A DNA stretch of 64,000 bases from Eledone cirrhosa (taxonomy: Eukaryota): the NCBI GenBank assembly GCA_964016885.1, contig OZ024740.1, positions 234,918,001-234,982,000 on the forward strand, in the 5' to 3' direction. The notes under the pieces were generated by a model that was given only the letters and a program-made list of their open reading frames with translations, was not told where the DNA came from and did no database searches. The translations under genes were made by a program, and so were the position numbers. Shown one piece after another: positions 12,466 to 25,165 of the stretch (position 1 is the stretch's first letter; every line of letters starts with the position of its first letter).

Positions 12466-12473
<8 letters not shown>
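11710..12473 (+). mobile_element. Retrozyme-like / non-autonomous PLE with about 225-bp direct terminal repeats
   Basis: 11710-11934 is repeated at 12249-12473 (period about 540 bp). Internal hammerhead, no credible ORF, ends in (TA)n. Confidence 0.8.
12136..12217 (+). ncRNA. Type I hammerhead ribozyme
   Basis: Stem I ACACACG/CGTGTGT; core CTGATGA (12143-12149); stem II CCA/TGG; GAAA (12187-12190); stem III ACAGATC/GATTTGT; GUA cleavage site after 12210. Confidence 0.8.
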
Positions 12474-12514
<41 letters not shown>

Positions 12515-12521
<7 letters not shown>

Positions 12522-13041
12522 CGGTGCTGCGATCGAATATGGCCCCTTAGCCCAGCCAATGATCTAAAATATCTTGCACAGAGGTTGGCAACCATGATAA
12601 AAACATTCAATGGCTATAGCTGGCTGTGGGCGGTCGTCATGTACTTTTTTTTGCAGGTCGTTTGTGCCCTCCTGCCGATCTACACTCTTTTCCATATGAT
12701 AGGTATGATGAATAGCATCTCCGACAGTAGCCACTGGTCTCACTTTATGACTGCGAAGATGGCTTTTGAGTCCAGCTTTGCTGAGGCAGAGTCTTGCACT
12801 GACGCTGCATGTTAGCGCCATAGGAGGACCTTTGCTGTCTGTTAATGTAACAGTAATGCCCTTCCTAACATCCCTTTTTACTTTCTCGTATGCGATTCGA
12901 GATGCTTCAACAGCAACTTTCCCCTCATATACAGTCTTTCTCCATTTACTACGATCAGCAGCTCCGCTTTCCCATGTATCAGCAGAGATGTTAGCGTCTT
13001 TCAAGGAGGCTTTCAACGAATCCTTATATCTCTTTTTTTGG

Positions 13042-13043
<2 letters not shown>
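12515..13043 (-). mobile_element. RTE-clade LINE 3' fragment with C-terminal C2H2-like finger
   Basis: QKKRYKDSLKASLK...WE..AADRSKWR and C..CLSKAGLKSHLRSH, typical of the RTE/BovB C-terminus. Confidence 0.8.
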
Positions 13044-13073
<30 letters not shown>

Positions 13074-13106
13074 CATACATACATACATACATACATACAT
13101 ACATAC

Positions 13107-13353
13107 AAAGCATATACATACAAAGCATATACATACAAAGGATATACATACAAAGCATATACACATGCGCACATACAACTCAAAACATACACATCTACAC
13201 ATACAATACCACCATATCTACACATGCATGCATGCATACATATCTACCTAGTTCATGTTGTGTAAATTCCAATGAGAGAGTCTTGTGTCTATGTTGGATA
13301 CCGACTCTCTCTCTCTATTGGTAAAAATTTGTGAAATTATAAAACCAGAAGAA
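13107..13353 (+). mobile_element. 5'-truncated R4/Dong 3'-UTR copy in (CATA)n
   Basis: Matches about 17585-17785; ends AAAACCAGAAGAA followed by (CATA)n. Confidence 0.85.
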
Positions 13354-13420
13354 CATACATACATACATACATACATACATACATACATACATACATACAT
13401 ACATACATACATACATACAT

Positions 13421-13635
13421 ACACATGTATAGATACAAAGCATATACACATGCACACATAACTCAAAGTATACACCTCCACACATACAATAACATCCAAA
13501 CCTGCACACACATGCATGTATGCAGACATGCATACATAATCTACCTAGTTGATGTGTAAATTCTAACGAGAGTCTTGTATCTATGTTAGAAACCGACTCT
13601 CTCTCTCTATTTGTGAAATTATAAAACCAGAAGAA
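13421..13635 (+). mobile_element. Second 5'-truncated R4/Dong 3'-UTR copy in (CATA)n
   Basis: Same 3' end AAAACCAGAAGAA followed by (CATA)n. Confidence 0.85.
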
Positions 13636-13698
13636 CATACATACATACATACATACATACATACATACATACATACATACATACATACATACATACAT

Positions 13699-16600
13699 CG
13701 TCAACGCGATCAGTCGCATATTTTGGCGTGGGAGACTATTTATTAAATTTAAGATGAATACTAACTCCGATAGTAATGCTACAACTACAGTCATGTTGAA
13801 CAACTGGTTATTCTTCTAACTATATCTTCTGAAGACACCTTTTATTCAAATTCGTAGAGATATCCGACTAAATGCATAATTCATTTTACAAGGATTTGCT
13901 ACAAGCAGCATGACTGAACACAACATCAACAACAAAATTAAGGAAGTACCGAAGACAAATAACACGGAAGGTAAACAAACTGTATTCAGTTGTAGCTATA
14001 GAAGAAACCGAAATTATAAATCGCATTTCTCTTGGAGTTGCGAACTTAATAATTATTTATTTAATTGTTATAAAATGGCAAAAAACAATCCCTCCATTGG
14101 CTATATGAAGAGAATGAAGCTACACTGGGACGAAATACACCCAGAGCTAAATTATTTCACAGCGAAACAATTACGCCAACAAGCGACGTTTGTTGAACGT
14201 AAAAATAAGATAAATATTATTCATTCTAAGTCCCCCACAACAAACATGTTATCAACAACACCTGCTAGAGGTCGCCATGCTACTAGACTTCCTAGCAGCC
14301 AGGTCGAACAGCGCCTTGAAACAACTATGCCTGTAAGAAACTTAACACCACCTGTACCATCTAAGTCTACCTCGAATGCTGGGGAAAACACTATCGATAA
14401 TAATAATAATAATCGAAAAAATTTGACACCACGTGTACCATCCGAGTCTACCTCGACTGTTGTGGAAAATACTATCGATAATGATAATAATTAAAAGTAT
14501 AAACAATTGAAAATTTCCCTCAACGAAATCTTCCAGAGAGAAACTAACTCATGTATAAATATCTCTCTTGCTGAACGTATTAAAACGACAATGTTTAATA
14601 AAAAACCAAATAATGAAATATTACGTGTTATTGACGAAATAGGGGCTGAATATTTACGACGGATAAAAACCCCAGGCAAATCAACGCCTGTTTATATGTC
14701 TTAGCAACGACAGTGGACCATTATTTTGGTGATAGCAGAGATATTAACAAGAACAGAACACCACCAAAAATACCATCATATATAACTAAAATAGAAAAAA
14801 AGATTGCTGACCTACGAAAAAACATAGGATATGTGACAATACTCCTTACATGCAAACAAACACAAAAAACCTCACTCCTCACCAACAAAGAGTGAAAAAT
14901 AAAATAGAGACGATGTTTGGTAACAGTAGAACCAGAACTCTCCAATATAAGCTGATCACCCTCAAACAAGAATTGAGAGCTGTTAGCGAAAAACGCCGAT
15001 ACGTGAAGAAGGTAGATGAGAGAAAAGTGATTAATAAAAGATTCAGACGAAACTAAACATCAGTCTATAGAGATATGAAGGGCAAAATAATAAGTGTCAC
15101 TGAGGCCCCATCCCAGAAAGACATAGATTCCTTTTGGAGCAAAATATGGGGTGAAAAGAAGAATTTCAACCAAGATGCAGTGTGGCTAAGAGAAATCCGA
15201 AAGAACTATTGCTCCTACACTACAACAAAAACATACGAAATAACTGAGGGCACCCTTGAGACTGTGATAGGAAAACTCCAAGATAAGAAAACACCAGGAA
15301 GAGACATGATTATCGGCTACTGGTACACAAAACTGATATTCTATCGGAGGTATCTTACTGACCTCTACCAACAAGTTCTTAAGGGAGGTACACTTATACC
15401 AGAATGGTTGACATTAGCACAAACATTACTGGTCCCCAAGAACAAAGACGCCCACTTGGCAAAAAACTAGCGACCCATTGCATGCCAGAACCTGATGTAT
15501 AAGATGTATACAGCCTGCTTGAACCTATTCCTCCAAGATCACTGTGAAAATAATAACATCATCACAGATGAACAAGCAGCTGGAAAGAAAGGAGTTTGGG
15601 GATGTGCTGAACAACTCCTAATCAACAAAACTGCGATGTCGAAGGTGCGACAACTTAGGAGAAATATGGCTACAGTCTGGCTACAAGAAAGCTTTCGATT
15701 CTGTTCCCCACTCTTGGATGATAGAGGCCCTCCAGCTTGCTAAAGTCCCAGACGTTATTGTCAGAGCCATAGAGAGGCTGTCTCCTTCTTGGGCTACTAT
15801 CCTAAGGTTAAAGACAGAGATGGAGGAGTCTATTTTCACTGATAAAATAAAATATTGCAGGGGTATATTTCAGGGGGACAGTCTCTCTGTGATATTATTC
15901 ATCTTGTCATTAAACCCCTTGTCGTTTCTGCTCAAGAAATGTGAAGGATACATCATTGGCTCACAGGAGGACAGAAATACGAACCTAACCCATAATTTCT
16001 TTGTGGACGATCTGAAACTCTATGCCAAGAGCATGGATGGGATGAAGAAAAATTTTGACCTGGTTACAACGTTCTCAAAGGATATAGGAATGGAGTTTGG
16101 CCAAGATAAATGCTCATACATGACTGTGAAGCGGGGAAAAACAACAACCCAATCTAGCAACATTGTCATCAATGGCCTAACTGTTTCACCGATATCTGAT
16201 GAGGACTGCTATAGATACCTGGGAATAGATGAGAACATATCCTATAATGGTATCTGTAATAAAGAACGCGTAACCAGGGAATACTACACCCGATTAAGAA
16301 AGATCTGGTCATCGGAACTCTCTGCGCAAAACAAAACAGTGGCTCACAATGTGTTTGCTGTGCCTGTCCTAACACCAACGTTTGGAATACTCAATTGGAC
16401 GATAGACGAAATCCGAGCAGTTGATGTTGGAACTCGAAAAATACTGAACAACACCGGAAACTTCCACATCAACAGTGACATAGACCGCCTTTACTTGAAA
16501 CGTAAGCAGGGAGGCAGAGGCCTAACATCAGTCCAGACAACATTTGAATGTCGCATCATATCCCTCCGACAACATCTACGAACCTCGAAGCGTAGGAACC

Positions 16601-17785
16601 TGTTTCTCGAGCAAGTCTATCTGCATGAAACAGATAAGATCATGAGAGTTGGGAAGGAACTCCTCGAGATATATTCCCTGTGTGATAATCAAAAACTCAC
16701 ACCCAGGGAAGTCGCTCAGCAGTATTGCAGTGAATCCATGGATGAAAAACTGCATGCTTATCAGAAAAAAATCAGGCATGGATATGTTGCCAGGAAGCTC
16801 CAGAGTGAGAGTAATATAGATAAGGAAAGTAGTCTATCTTGGACCAACAACCGCTATATTGGCTCCCACTTTGAAGGATACGCTTTTGCAATCCAGGAAC
16901 AGGAGATTAACACGAAATACCTGATTTACAAAAGAGATAGGGATGCAGGAAAAACACCTAGATGTGATAACAAGTGCAGACTCTGCAGAACTAACATCGA
17001 GGATATCACCCATGTCATCACCAGCTGTCCAAAGATGTCATCGCGGTACTATCTACCTATGAGGCATGATGTAGTGGCCAAAACACTGTACAATGCAGTT
17101 CGTAAAAAAGATAGCCCCGATAATAAACACATTAAAAGCTACAGCAATGTGGAAGACATCCATGTACATAATATGAAAGAGTACTGGTGGAAAAACCCCA
17201 ATAAAATGCAGGCATAATAGACCAGATATTATGATTTGGGACAGGGAGAAGAAAGCATGCATAGTAGTGGAAATTAGCTACCCAGCAGATGCCAATATAA
17301 TATCAAAGATTAGAGAAAAGGAGAATATTTATGCAGAACTGATGAGAAATCTGCAGATACTCCACCCTGATTACACCTTCAGATTTATGCCTGTGATTAT
17401 TGGGGCACTGGGATATGTTAGTAACTGCCTCAATACAAATCTTGAGAAGCTAGGCTTCACAGGAACAGAAAGAACACAACTAGTTAGGAAATTACAAGTA
17501 CAATCCATTAATGGAACAGTAAAAATATGTAAGACATTCCAAAAATGTTGCATCTAATAACTGCATATACACATGTACAGATGCAAAGCATATACACATG
17601 CACACATACAACTCAAAACATACACATCCACACATACAATAACATCCATATCTACACATGCATGCATACATACATATCTACCTAGTTGATGTTGTGTAAA
17701 TTCCAATGAGAGAGTCTTGTGTCTATGTTAGAAACCGACTCTCTCTCTATTGGTAAAACTTTGTGAAATTATAAAACCAGAAGAA
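13699..17785 (+). mobile_element. Near full-length R4/Dong-clade non-LTR retrotransposon (RT + CCHC + restriction-like endonuclease); ORF 13910-17557 disrupted
   Basis: R4-type N-terminal W...N..L..CY..A...GY.KRM...W; RPIAC, KAFDSVPH, GIFQGDSLS, FVDDLKLY, YRYLG, RLYLKRKQGGRGL; CRLC...HVITSC, RHD, RPD, E.S.P, K...Y. Flanked by (CATA)n on both sides. Confidence 0.9.
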
Positions 17786-18726
17786 CATACATACATACAT
17801 TGTAGAGTTTAACATGGTTATGCTATAACTGTATAGTGTAGCCATATCACTACCATATAGTTACTATACGGTACAATTTTTTTTATGCCACTGAACACCA
17901 AATTGTGTTCATGCTACTTTACAGTACATTACTGTGTCGCTATCTTATTGTACTGTACAGTATTGTATTAACAAAGATGGCTACGTTAAATGGATAAGAT
18001 AACTGAGCAATGGGAATGTATCTAAAGACTACGGAATTGGGTGATTAGTATTGTTTAAATATGTTTAATGTTTAAAGTGGCCACATATACTTTACGAGGC
18101 GAATATTACAACAGCTAACAGATAGGGGTAAAATGAAAAGAAATTAAGAATAAAAAAAATAAATGAAGTCTTTTTGTCTTCTATTAGAGGTTTAGAATGT
18201 TATTTTCAGTTTTACTGTCTTAGTCATTATAATGTTTATCAATTTTAAATGATTCGAAAAATTATATACTAGCTGAGGTACCCGGCTTCGCCCGTGAGAA
18301 CAGTTATGAGAAGACGGATAAAAGAGAAAACGACTGTATTGGATGTGTTGTCTGGTATGCGGTGAGACCGTAATGTGTGTGTGGGTGAGAGAGATAAACA
18401 AAACAATCATAAAACTTCCTTATTAGGCTGGGGGAGTAAACTGCTGATTAAATGGTAGCATTGGCCTTGGATTTTAAATGTGAAATAACCATAGTCAGTA
18501 TGATCTGTTTCAGCTCCAAAGGAGGTCGTAAGAAACACAGCAATATACCGCATAACATTGCTTCTGAAGTGTTGCTTCGTTAGTATGGTCTGTAAGTAGT
18601 ATATAGATAACAGCTGGAGGGTAGATTAATTTCAAATAGTATCAACTTTTCTTTGTTCTGTAAAATCAAAGACTGTAAAAAGCATTTATAAAAGCTAACG
18701 CAATATTGTTAAACCTTCCTATAGAT

Positions 18727-21700
18727 CAGGGGTCGGCAACCTTTTGGAGAGAGAGGGCCAAACAGCTATGCAGTGTCATAGAGGAGGGCCATGTTATTAA
18801 ATATGTAAATAAATTTTCTGGAGGTTTAAAGCAAAACAAGGAATTTAATGTAATTTTATTTTAACAAGGCCCCTTATTTTACTGCAGAAATAACAAAAAA
18901 AAAAAGAAAAAAAACTACAAACACATTCAACAAAAAAAAAAAGCAAATACAGTTAGAAATGGTAAATGATTTAATGAGATACTTGTTTCTGCTTATTGTA
19001 CGATAACTTCTCCACATCTGGTGAAATATTTGTCGATGACAGGAGCAAAACATCATCCAGGTGGTCGTCACGTAACCTTGTTCTTAAATGACTTTTACTA
19101 TATTTCATTTTGGAAAAAAGTTGTTCACAAGCATATGTACTTCCAAATATTGATATCATCAGTTTCACATTAGTCAAGATGTTTTTATATTTTCCGCTTG
19201 GCAATATATATTTCTTGTAGAAGTCAGCAGTGGATTCGAACTGAAATTTCGATTTCAAAGATTCGTCGCACTGTAAGTCAATCAACTCCAACTGATATTC
19301 TTCTGCCACTTGCTCCACATCTGTTTCGTAAGGAGTACCAAATAACTTAAATAGAGTTCCATATTGCCGGAAGTCAGCAAAACGAGAGGAAAACTCACTT
19401 CTCAAATCCTTAATAGAGCTCACAAAGATGTCTGGTATTATATCTCTGTTGTGATTTTGGAGACTTGGGAAATGAGAGTAGTTTCCTTTTTGAAGTTGTG
19501 ATTCCCACAGTCGAAGTTTTCTCTCAAAAGCAGTAATTTGACCAAACATCTCAAATACAACCTTGTTCTTTCCTTGAAGCTCAAGATTCAAAGTGTTCAC
19601 CCACTCCTGAAAGTAAGAATTATCTTGGTCTTTGCTCTCTAAAAACATAGAAATCTCTTCTCTCAATGCATATACTCGTTCTATCATTTTTCTGCAGCTA
19701 AGCCATCGAACATTTGAAAAATATGTAAGGTCGCCATACTCTGCTTCAATTTGTTTTAGAAATTCTTGAAACTGGCGGTGATTTAGTCCTCTTGACAGTA
19801 TAAAATTCACTGTTTTCACGACCACTGCCATGATGTCCTTAACATTCAGTGACTTTGCACATAATGCTTCTTGATGAATAATGCAATGAAGTTTGATTAG
19901 TTTTTTATCAATACCGATGTGGTTTTGGAGCAATGCAACAAACCCCTTTTTCTCTCCAACCATTACTCCAGAAAGCTTTGATAAATCCAGATTCATTTCG
20001 GTAATCCATTTTCCAAAATATCTGCTCCAGTGCTAGTGTCTTTCATAGGAATCAATTATACAAATTCTTCCACAATATCAAATGTTGGTGTTACACCCCT
20101 CACAAATACTGCAAGTTGACAAGTATCCTTCATATCTGTGGTTTCATCGATAGCAATGGAATAATACTCCAGATTATTTAAAATGCCCTCCAAGGCACTT
20201 CTGACATTTGCTGCCAGCTCTTCAATTCGCCTTGTTAGTGTTCTTGCCGATAAGCTGATCGCAGAAAATAATTCCCTTTTTTCTGGACAAACAACATCTG
20301 CTACCTTCAACAATAATTCTTTGAAGAAATCTCCATCAGTAAAAGGTTTCATCTGTTCTGCAATTAGTTTTGACACCTCGTAGCTAGCACGAGTGTTTCG
20401 GTCACTTTCTTCAACTTTTCTAGTGAAAAAGGATGATTGCTTTGTTACATTATTTCTCAGCCGTGCAACTTCGTTTACTCGTGCTTTTCCAGTAAAACTG
20501 TTGTAATGATTATGACGAGTTTCATAGTGCCGTTTAATATTTGAAACTTTCTTCGCGGCAATGGTTTCTTGACAAATTAAGCAAACACATTTTCCGAAGT
20601 GCTCAATGAAAAAATAGCTAAGTGTCCAGCCATCGTTAAAAGTTCGGCACTCCAAATCCACTTTTCTTTTCTTAGCTTCCATGGGCTTGTTTTTGTTCAA
20701 ACAAAAAAGATTTATGGAAAGGAAAACGAACAAAAAGTATAATAATCAGAATGAAGAAATAAGAAACAATGAAAACAAATGTAAATGCAAATACAGTAAT
20801 GCGATAAAATAGGATAATTGTGAATAAATTATATAAAATCAGGTTTCTAACGACGTTGTTAAATCAGGGTTGCCATTTGTTTTTTTAAACCACTTTTGGC
20901 CTAATTCCAATAATAATAATTCACACAATTTATCACAAATAATTAAATAAACGTTATTATCGAATAAAGATACCTACTGTATAGTTAGTTGTTATACCAC
21001 CAGACAACAAACTCAAATGAAAATACTCTGGGGAGGAGGGAACCAAGTAATTTTTCCAAGGACAGCTTTACCTTGTGTCGGGAGGGGGCATAGGTAAGGT
21101 CAGGCAAACGAAGACGATAATAATTCACGAGTGATTTTATTGAATGACAATATGGGTATACAAGCGAGTCATGCGAACCGTAAGGTAGTATACCTTCCAG
21201 TCGCTGACGAAAATGCATACTTCCAGCCAACATTTGTGTTTGTTGACTGGAACAAGAACACATACATGAAATCACAGGAAATAATAATACAGGTGATATA
21301 ATTGTTTCTACTTTTGGCACAAGGCCAGTAATTACCCAGTGCATTACTGGTACTTTATTTTATCGACCCCGTAAAGATGAAAGGCAAAGTTAACCTCGAC
21401 GGGATTTGAACTCAGACCGGAAAGGGACTAACTATGATGGAAAGCATGGCGTTCCACCCTCTACCGATTGATATAATGCTTGGCGGAAAGCCCAGAAAAA
21501 GATGGATAAGAGGAAATAATAATTGTTTCTACTTTAGGCACACGGCCAGCAATTACCCAGCAATTACCCAGTGCATTACTGGTACTTTATTTTATCGACC
21601 CCGTATGGATGAAAGGCAAAGTCAACCTCGGCGGGATTTGAACTCAGATCGTAAAGGGACGTAACTATGCTGGAAAGCATAAGAGGAAATAATAATAAAT

Positions 21701-21913
21701 AGAAAATATAATAAGGTTACAAAGGTATCTGTAAATATTTACGGTATGAGCAGTGATTTGTGATGGGCATCAGGTCGGCACAACCTTGAAGTGAACTACT
21801 GTATCTGTATTCGATACTAATTAGATAATTAGTGTCCAGTGTAAGATGGCGGGCCGGACAAAAATCACTCGAGGGCCGGATGTAGCCCGCGGGCCGGGGG
21901 TTGCCGATCTATA
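18727..21913 (-). mobile_element. hAT (Buster/Charlie, SPIN/GTF2IRD2-like) DNA transposon
   Basis: TIRs CAGGGGTCGGCAACC / GGTTGCCGA.... 8-bp TSD CTATAGAT / GTATAGAT. Internal transposase. Confidence 0.9.
18971..20682 (-). pseudogene. SPIN/Buster-like hAT transposase, disrupted by a stop at 20056 and a frameshift near 20000
   Basis: KKRKVD.ECR.F...W..YFF, CLIC...IKRHYET.H (BED-like), SIAIDETTD, HCIIHQEALC, VRWLS, FGSTYACEQLFS. Confidence 0.9.
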
Positions 21914-23179
21914 GTATAGATCAAAGAATCTATAGTTTAAGCCGTTTCTAGACTTCGTGGGACGTTACTCTCTCTCTCTCTATCTATCTATCCTGAAGAT
22001 TAGGGTTGCACATTTTTTTTCGGGGGTATGTGTTACCCATATAAACTGTCTCCCTCTATTGGGGAAAATCGACTAACTTTTTAAATTCCATCTGTGATAA
22101 CATTTTACACGTTTTTATTGTATGTAAACTTCCCCCTTTGTATTTGTCCCCTTCTTTTGTGCCCCTGTGGCTAATAAAGAAATATATCTATCTATCTCTC
22201 TCTGAATATCTAACACTTTAATTGTATCTCTCTCTGTATACCGGCCTCTCTCTCTCTCTCTCTCGACGTGTGTGTGTGCGTAGTTTTCGTGTGATTCAAC
22301 CAATAAACATCTCTATATATATAGATTAAAGCAACTTTCTATATTTTTGTATGATTTTGGTTACTCCAGTAACATAGAGATTTTAAACTATTTATGACAA
22401 TTAAATTAGGCCTCAATGAGTGTTATTTGTTATCCCACCGAGGTTAACTTTGCCTTTCATCCTTACGAGGTGGATAAAATAAAGTACCAGTAATACACTG
22501 GGTAATTGCTGGCCTTGTGCCTAACGTAGAAACAGTTATTCGTTATCCTACTTTCGACCAATCTATTTTGCATGGTAAATATTCACATATCTGCTTTTTT
22601 CTCGAGTGGATTATTTTACATTCTTAGAAAAGCAATGACTTGGTCTTCCTTTATAATTTTAAAGTCATGATTTCTTTTCTCACCTGTGGATCTCCCTAAC
22701 AATACCAATAACGGTAAGGTCGGTTATAAAGATAAAATCGCTTCCCAACACTTTACTAGACAAAGTTAATTAGTTAAAATCTGTTAGAGGCTGAAGGCTT
22801 CCCAGGCCGGTGCTTCTCGGTTTCCTTGGCGTTAAGTGACTGAGAGAACAAAACTCTCCCTGGATAGAACGCCGATCTATCGCAAGATCAACTCCCCAGC
22901 TACTGCTGATACACACCCTCAGCTGAGTGTACTGAAGCAATATGAAATAAAGTGTTTTGTTCAAGAACACAATCGAACCAATGACATTACGATCGTATAT
23001 CAAGCTTTCTAACCATTAGGCATGCGGCTAATGGTTAGGATGTTTGACGTACCTCCAGTCCAAATCTTTGTACCTGTTCACTCGGAGGGTCCTTCCTTTG
23101 CAAGCCGTAATATATCTAACATCTATAATACTTTATTGAAAGAAATTACTCAGGTCTCGCTGCAAATAGATTCAAAAGC

Positions 23180-23512
<333 letters not shown>

Positions 23513-24139
23513 CTCTCACTATCTCTCTCTAGTCGACATATACTTCTGATGTCCATTAATTAAAAATCTTCTGGAAGACATTTCTGGCTATCATTGACTT
23601 ATTTAGACTCTTAGAGCAACTGAGAAATGGTTAACAATATTTGTTCCGTTTTTTTCTATTTTTACGTCCTTAGTCCGAATCCTGCCGAAGTCAACTTCGC
23701 CTTTCATCTTCTGATATCGCTAAAATAAAGTACCAGTCAAATACTGGGAGTAAGTTAATCGACTTTCTTCTCTCAACCACAATTGCTGGCCTTGTGCTTA
23801 AATTAGAAAACAAGCTGACACGAAGAATCGCATCAGATAGCAAAGGCGTCCAAAGTTACTTGGGAGAATTTGGGGGCTAAGCAGGAATCCGACTTCAGAT
23901 CAGTAAATAAAGTGTTCTGGTAAACCATCTGCCGACTTCGTAATAAGAAGTCTCCTCCTCCTCCACACATTTCAGGAAACATTACTGTGGAACTCTAAAT
24001 ACGTAAATGCTCTCTGTATTGCTGTTTACCTAGCATGTTCTGTCTGTATTCTCTGTTAGCTTACCTTTACCAAACTGTATGTGAGTCTAGATATATTTTT
24101 TTATAGCATTTTCTTTAATTCGCTTTATATATTTGGCAA

Positions 24140-25165
24140 AATCTGTAGAGCGTCGGATAACATGCCTCGTGGCATAGAATTACGGCCCCTTACATTCTGA
24201 GTTCAAATCCCGCCAAGGTCAACTTTGCTTTTCATCTTTACAAGGTCGATAAAATAAAGCATCAGTAATGCACTGGGGTCGATTTAATCGACTCCCCCCC
24301 CCCTTCAAATTGCTGGCCTTGTGCCTAAAGTAGAAACAATTATTATTATTGTTGTTGTTGTTGTGGTTGGTGTAATTGTTATTGCTGCTGTTGCTGCTGC
24401 TATGACTGTCGTTGCTGGCGCTGTTGTTGTTGTTGTTATTAGAATGGCAATTGTTGGCAAAATTGACAGAATGCTGTAGAAAGCACCTTAGATGTATATA
24501 TACTAGTAATTATATGTTCTGGTTTCAATCCAGCTTGACTTGCCTTTCATCCTTTGACGATTCGTAAGTACGAATCAAGTACTGGGATCGATATTATCAT
24601 AATTATCAACATTATTATTGGCAGAATCATTATTTTGACTCTTTATGTTTTGGTTTCAAATCCCACCGAGGTCAACTTTGCCTTTCATCCTTTCGAGGTC
24701 AATAAAATAAAACACCAGTAACGCACAGGAGTCGATTTAATCGATTTTCGATTCGCCCCCTAAAATTGTTGGCGTTGTCCTCAAATCAGGGCCCTTGCCA
24801 TTCTGAGTTCAAATCCCGCCAAGGTTAACTTTGCCTTTCATCCTTACGGGGTCGATAAAATAACGTACCATTAATGTACTGGGTAATTGCTGGCCTTGTG
24901 CCTAACGTAGAAACAATTATTATTATTATTGTTGTTGTTATTGTTAAGGCAGCGAATTGGCAGTATCGGTAGAGCGTCGGACAACATGCTTCGCGGCATA
25001 GAGTGACGCAGCTTTACGTTCTGAGTTCAAATCCCGCCGAGGTTAACTTTGCCTTTCATCCTTACGGGGTCGATAAAATAAAGTACCAATAACGTACTGG
25101 GTCGATTTAATCGACTTTCCCCTTCCCCCAAATTACTGGCCTTGTGCCTATACTAGAATTCATTA
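24140..25165 (+). mobile_element. Cluster of tRNA-headed, Meta-domain-like SINEs (family 1, the most abundant repeat in the window)
   Basis: GAGTTCAAATCC B-box plus core CTTTGCCTTTCATCCTTACGGGGTCGATAAAATAAAGTACCAG and tail GGCCTTGTGCCTAAAGTAGAAAC(AAT)n. Other copies near 6.8, 9.3, 21.3-21.7, 22.4, 37.6, 42.2, 45.2, 47.4, 48.9, 49.2, 55.5 and 63.7 kb. Confidence 0.85.

Larger units (their letters stand above)
18269..22325 (-). mobile_element. Non-autonomous Helitron-like element interrupted by the hAT
   Basis: Minus strand: A|TC start at 22325; GCGAAGC hairpin then CTAG|T end at 18269. Confidence 0.6.
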
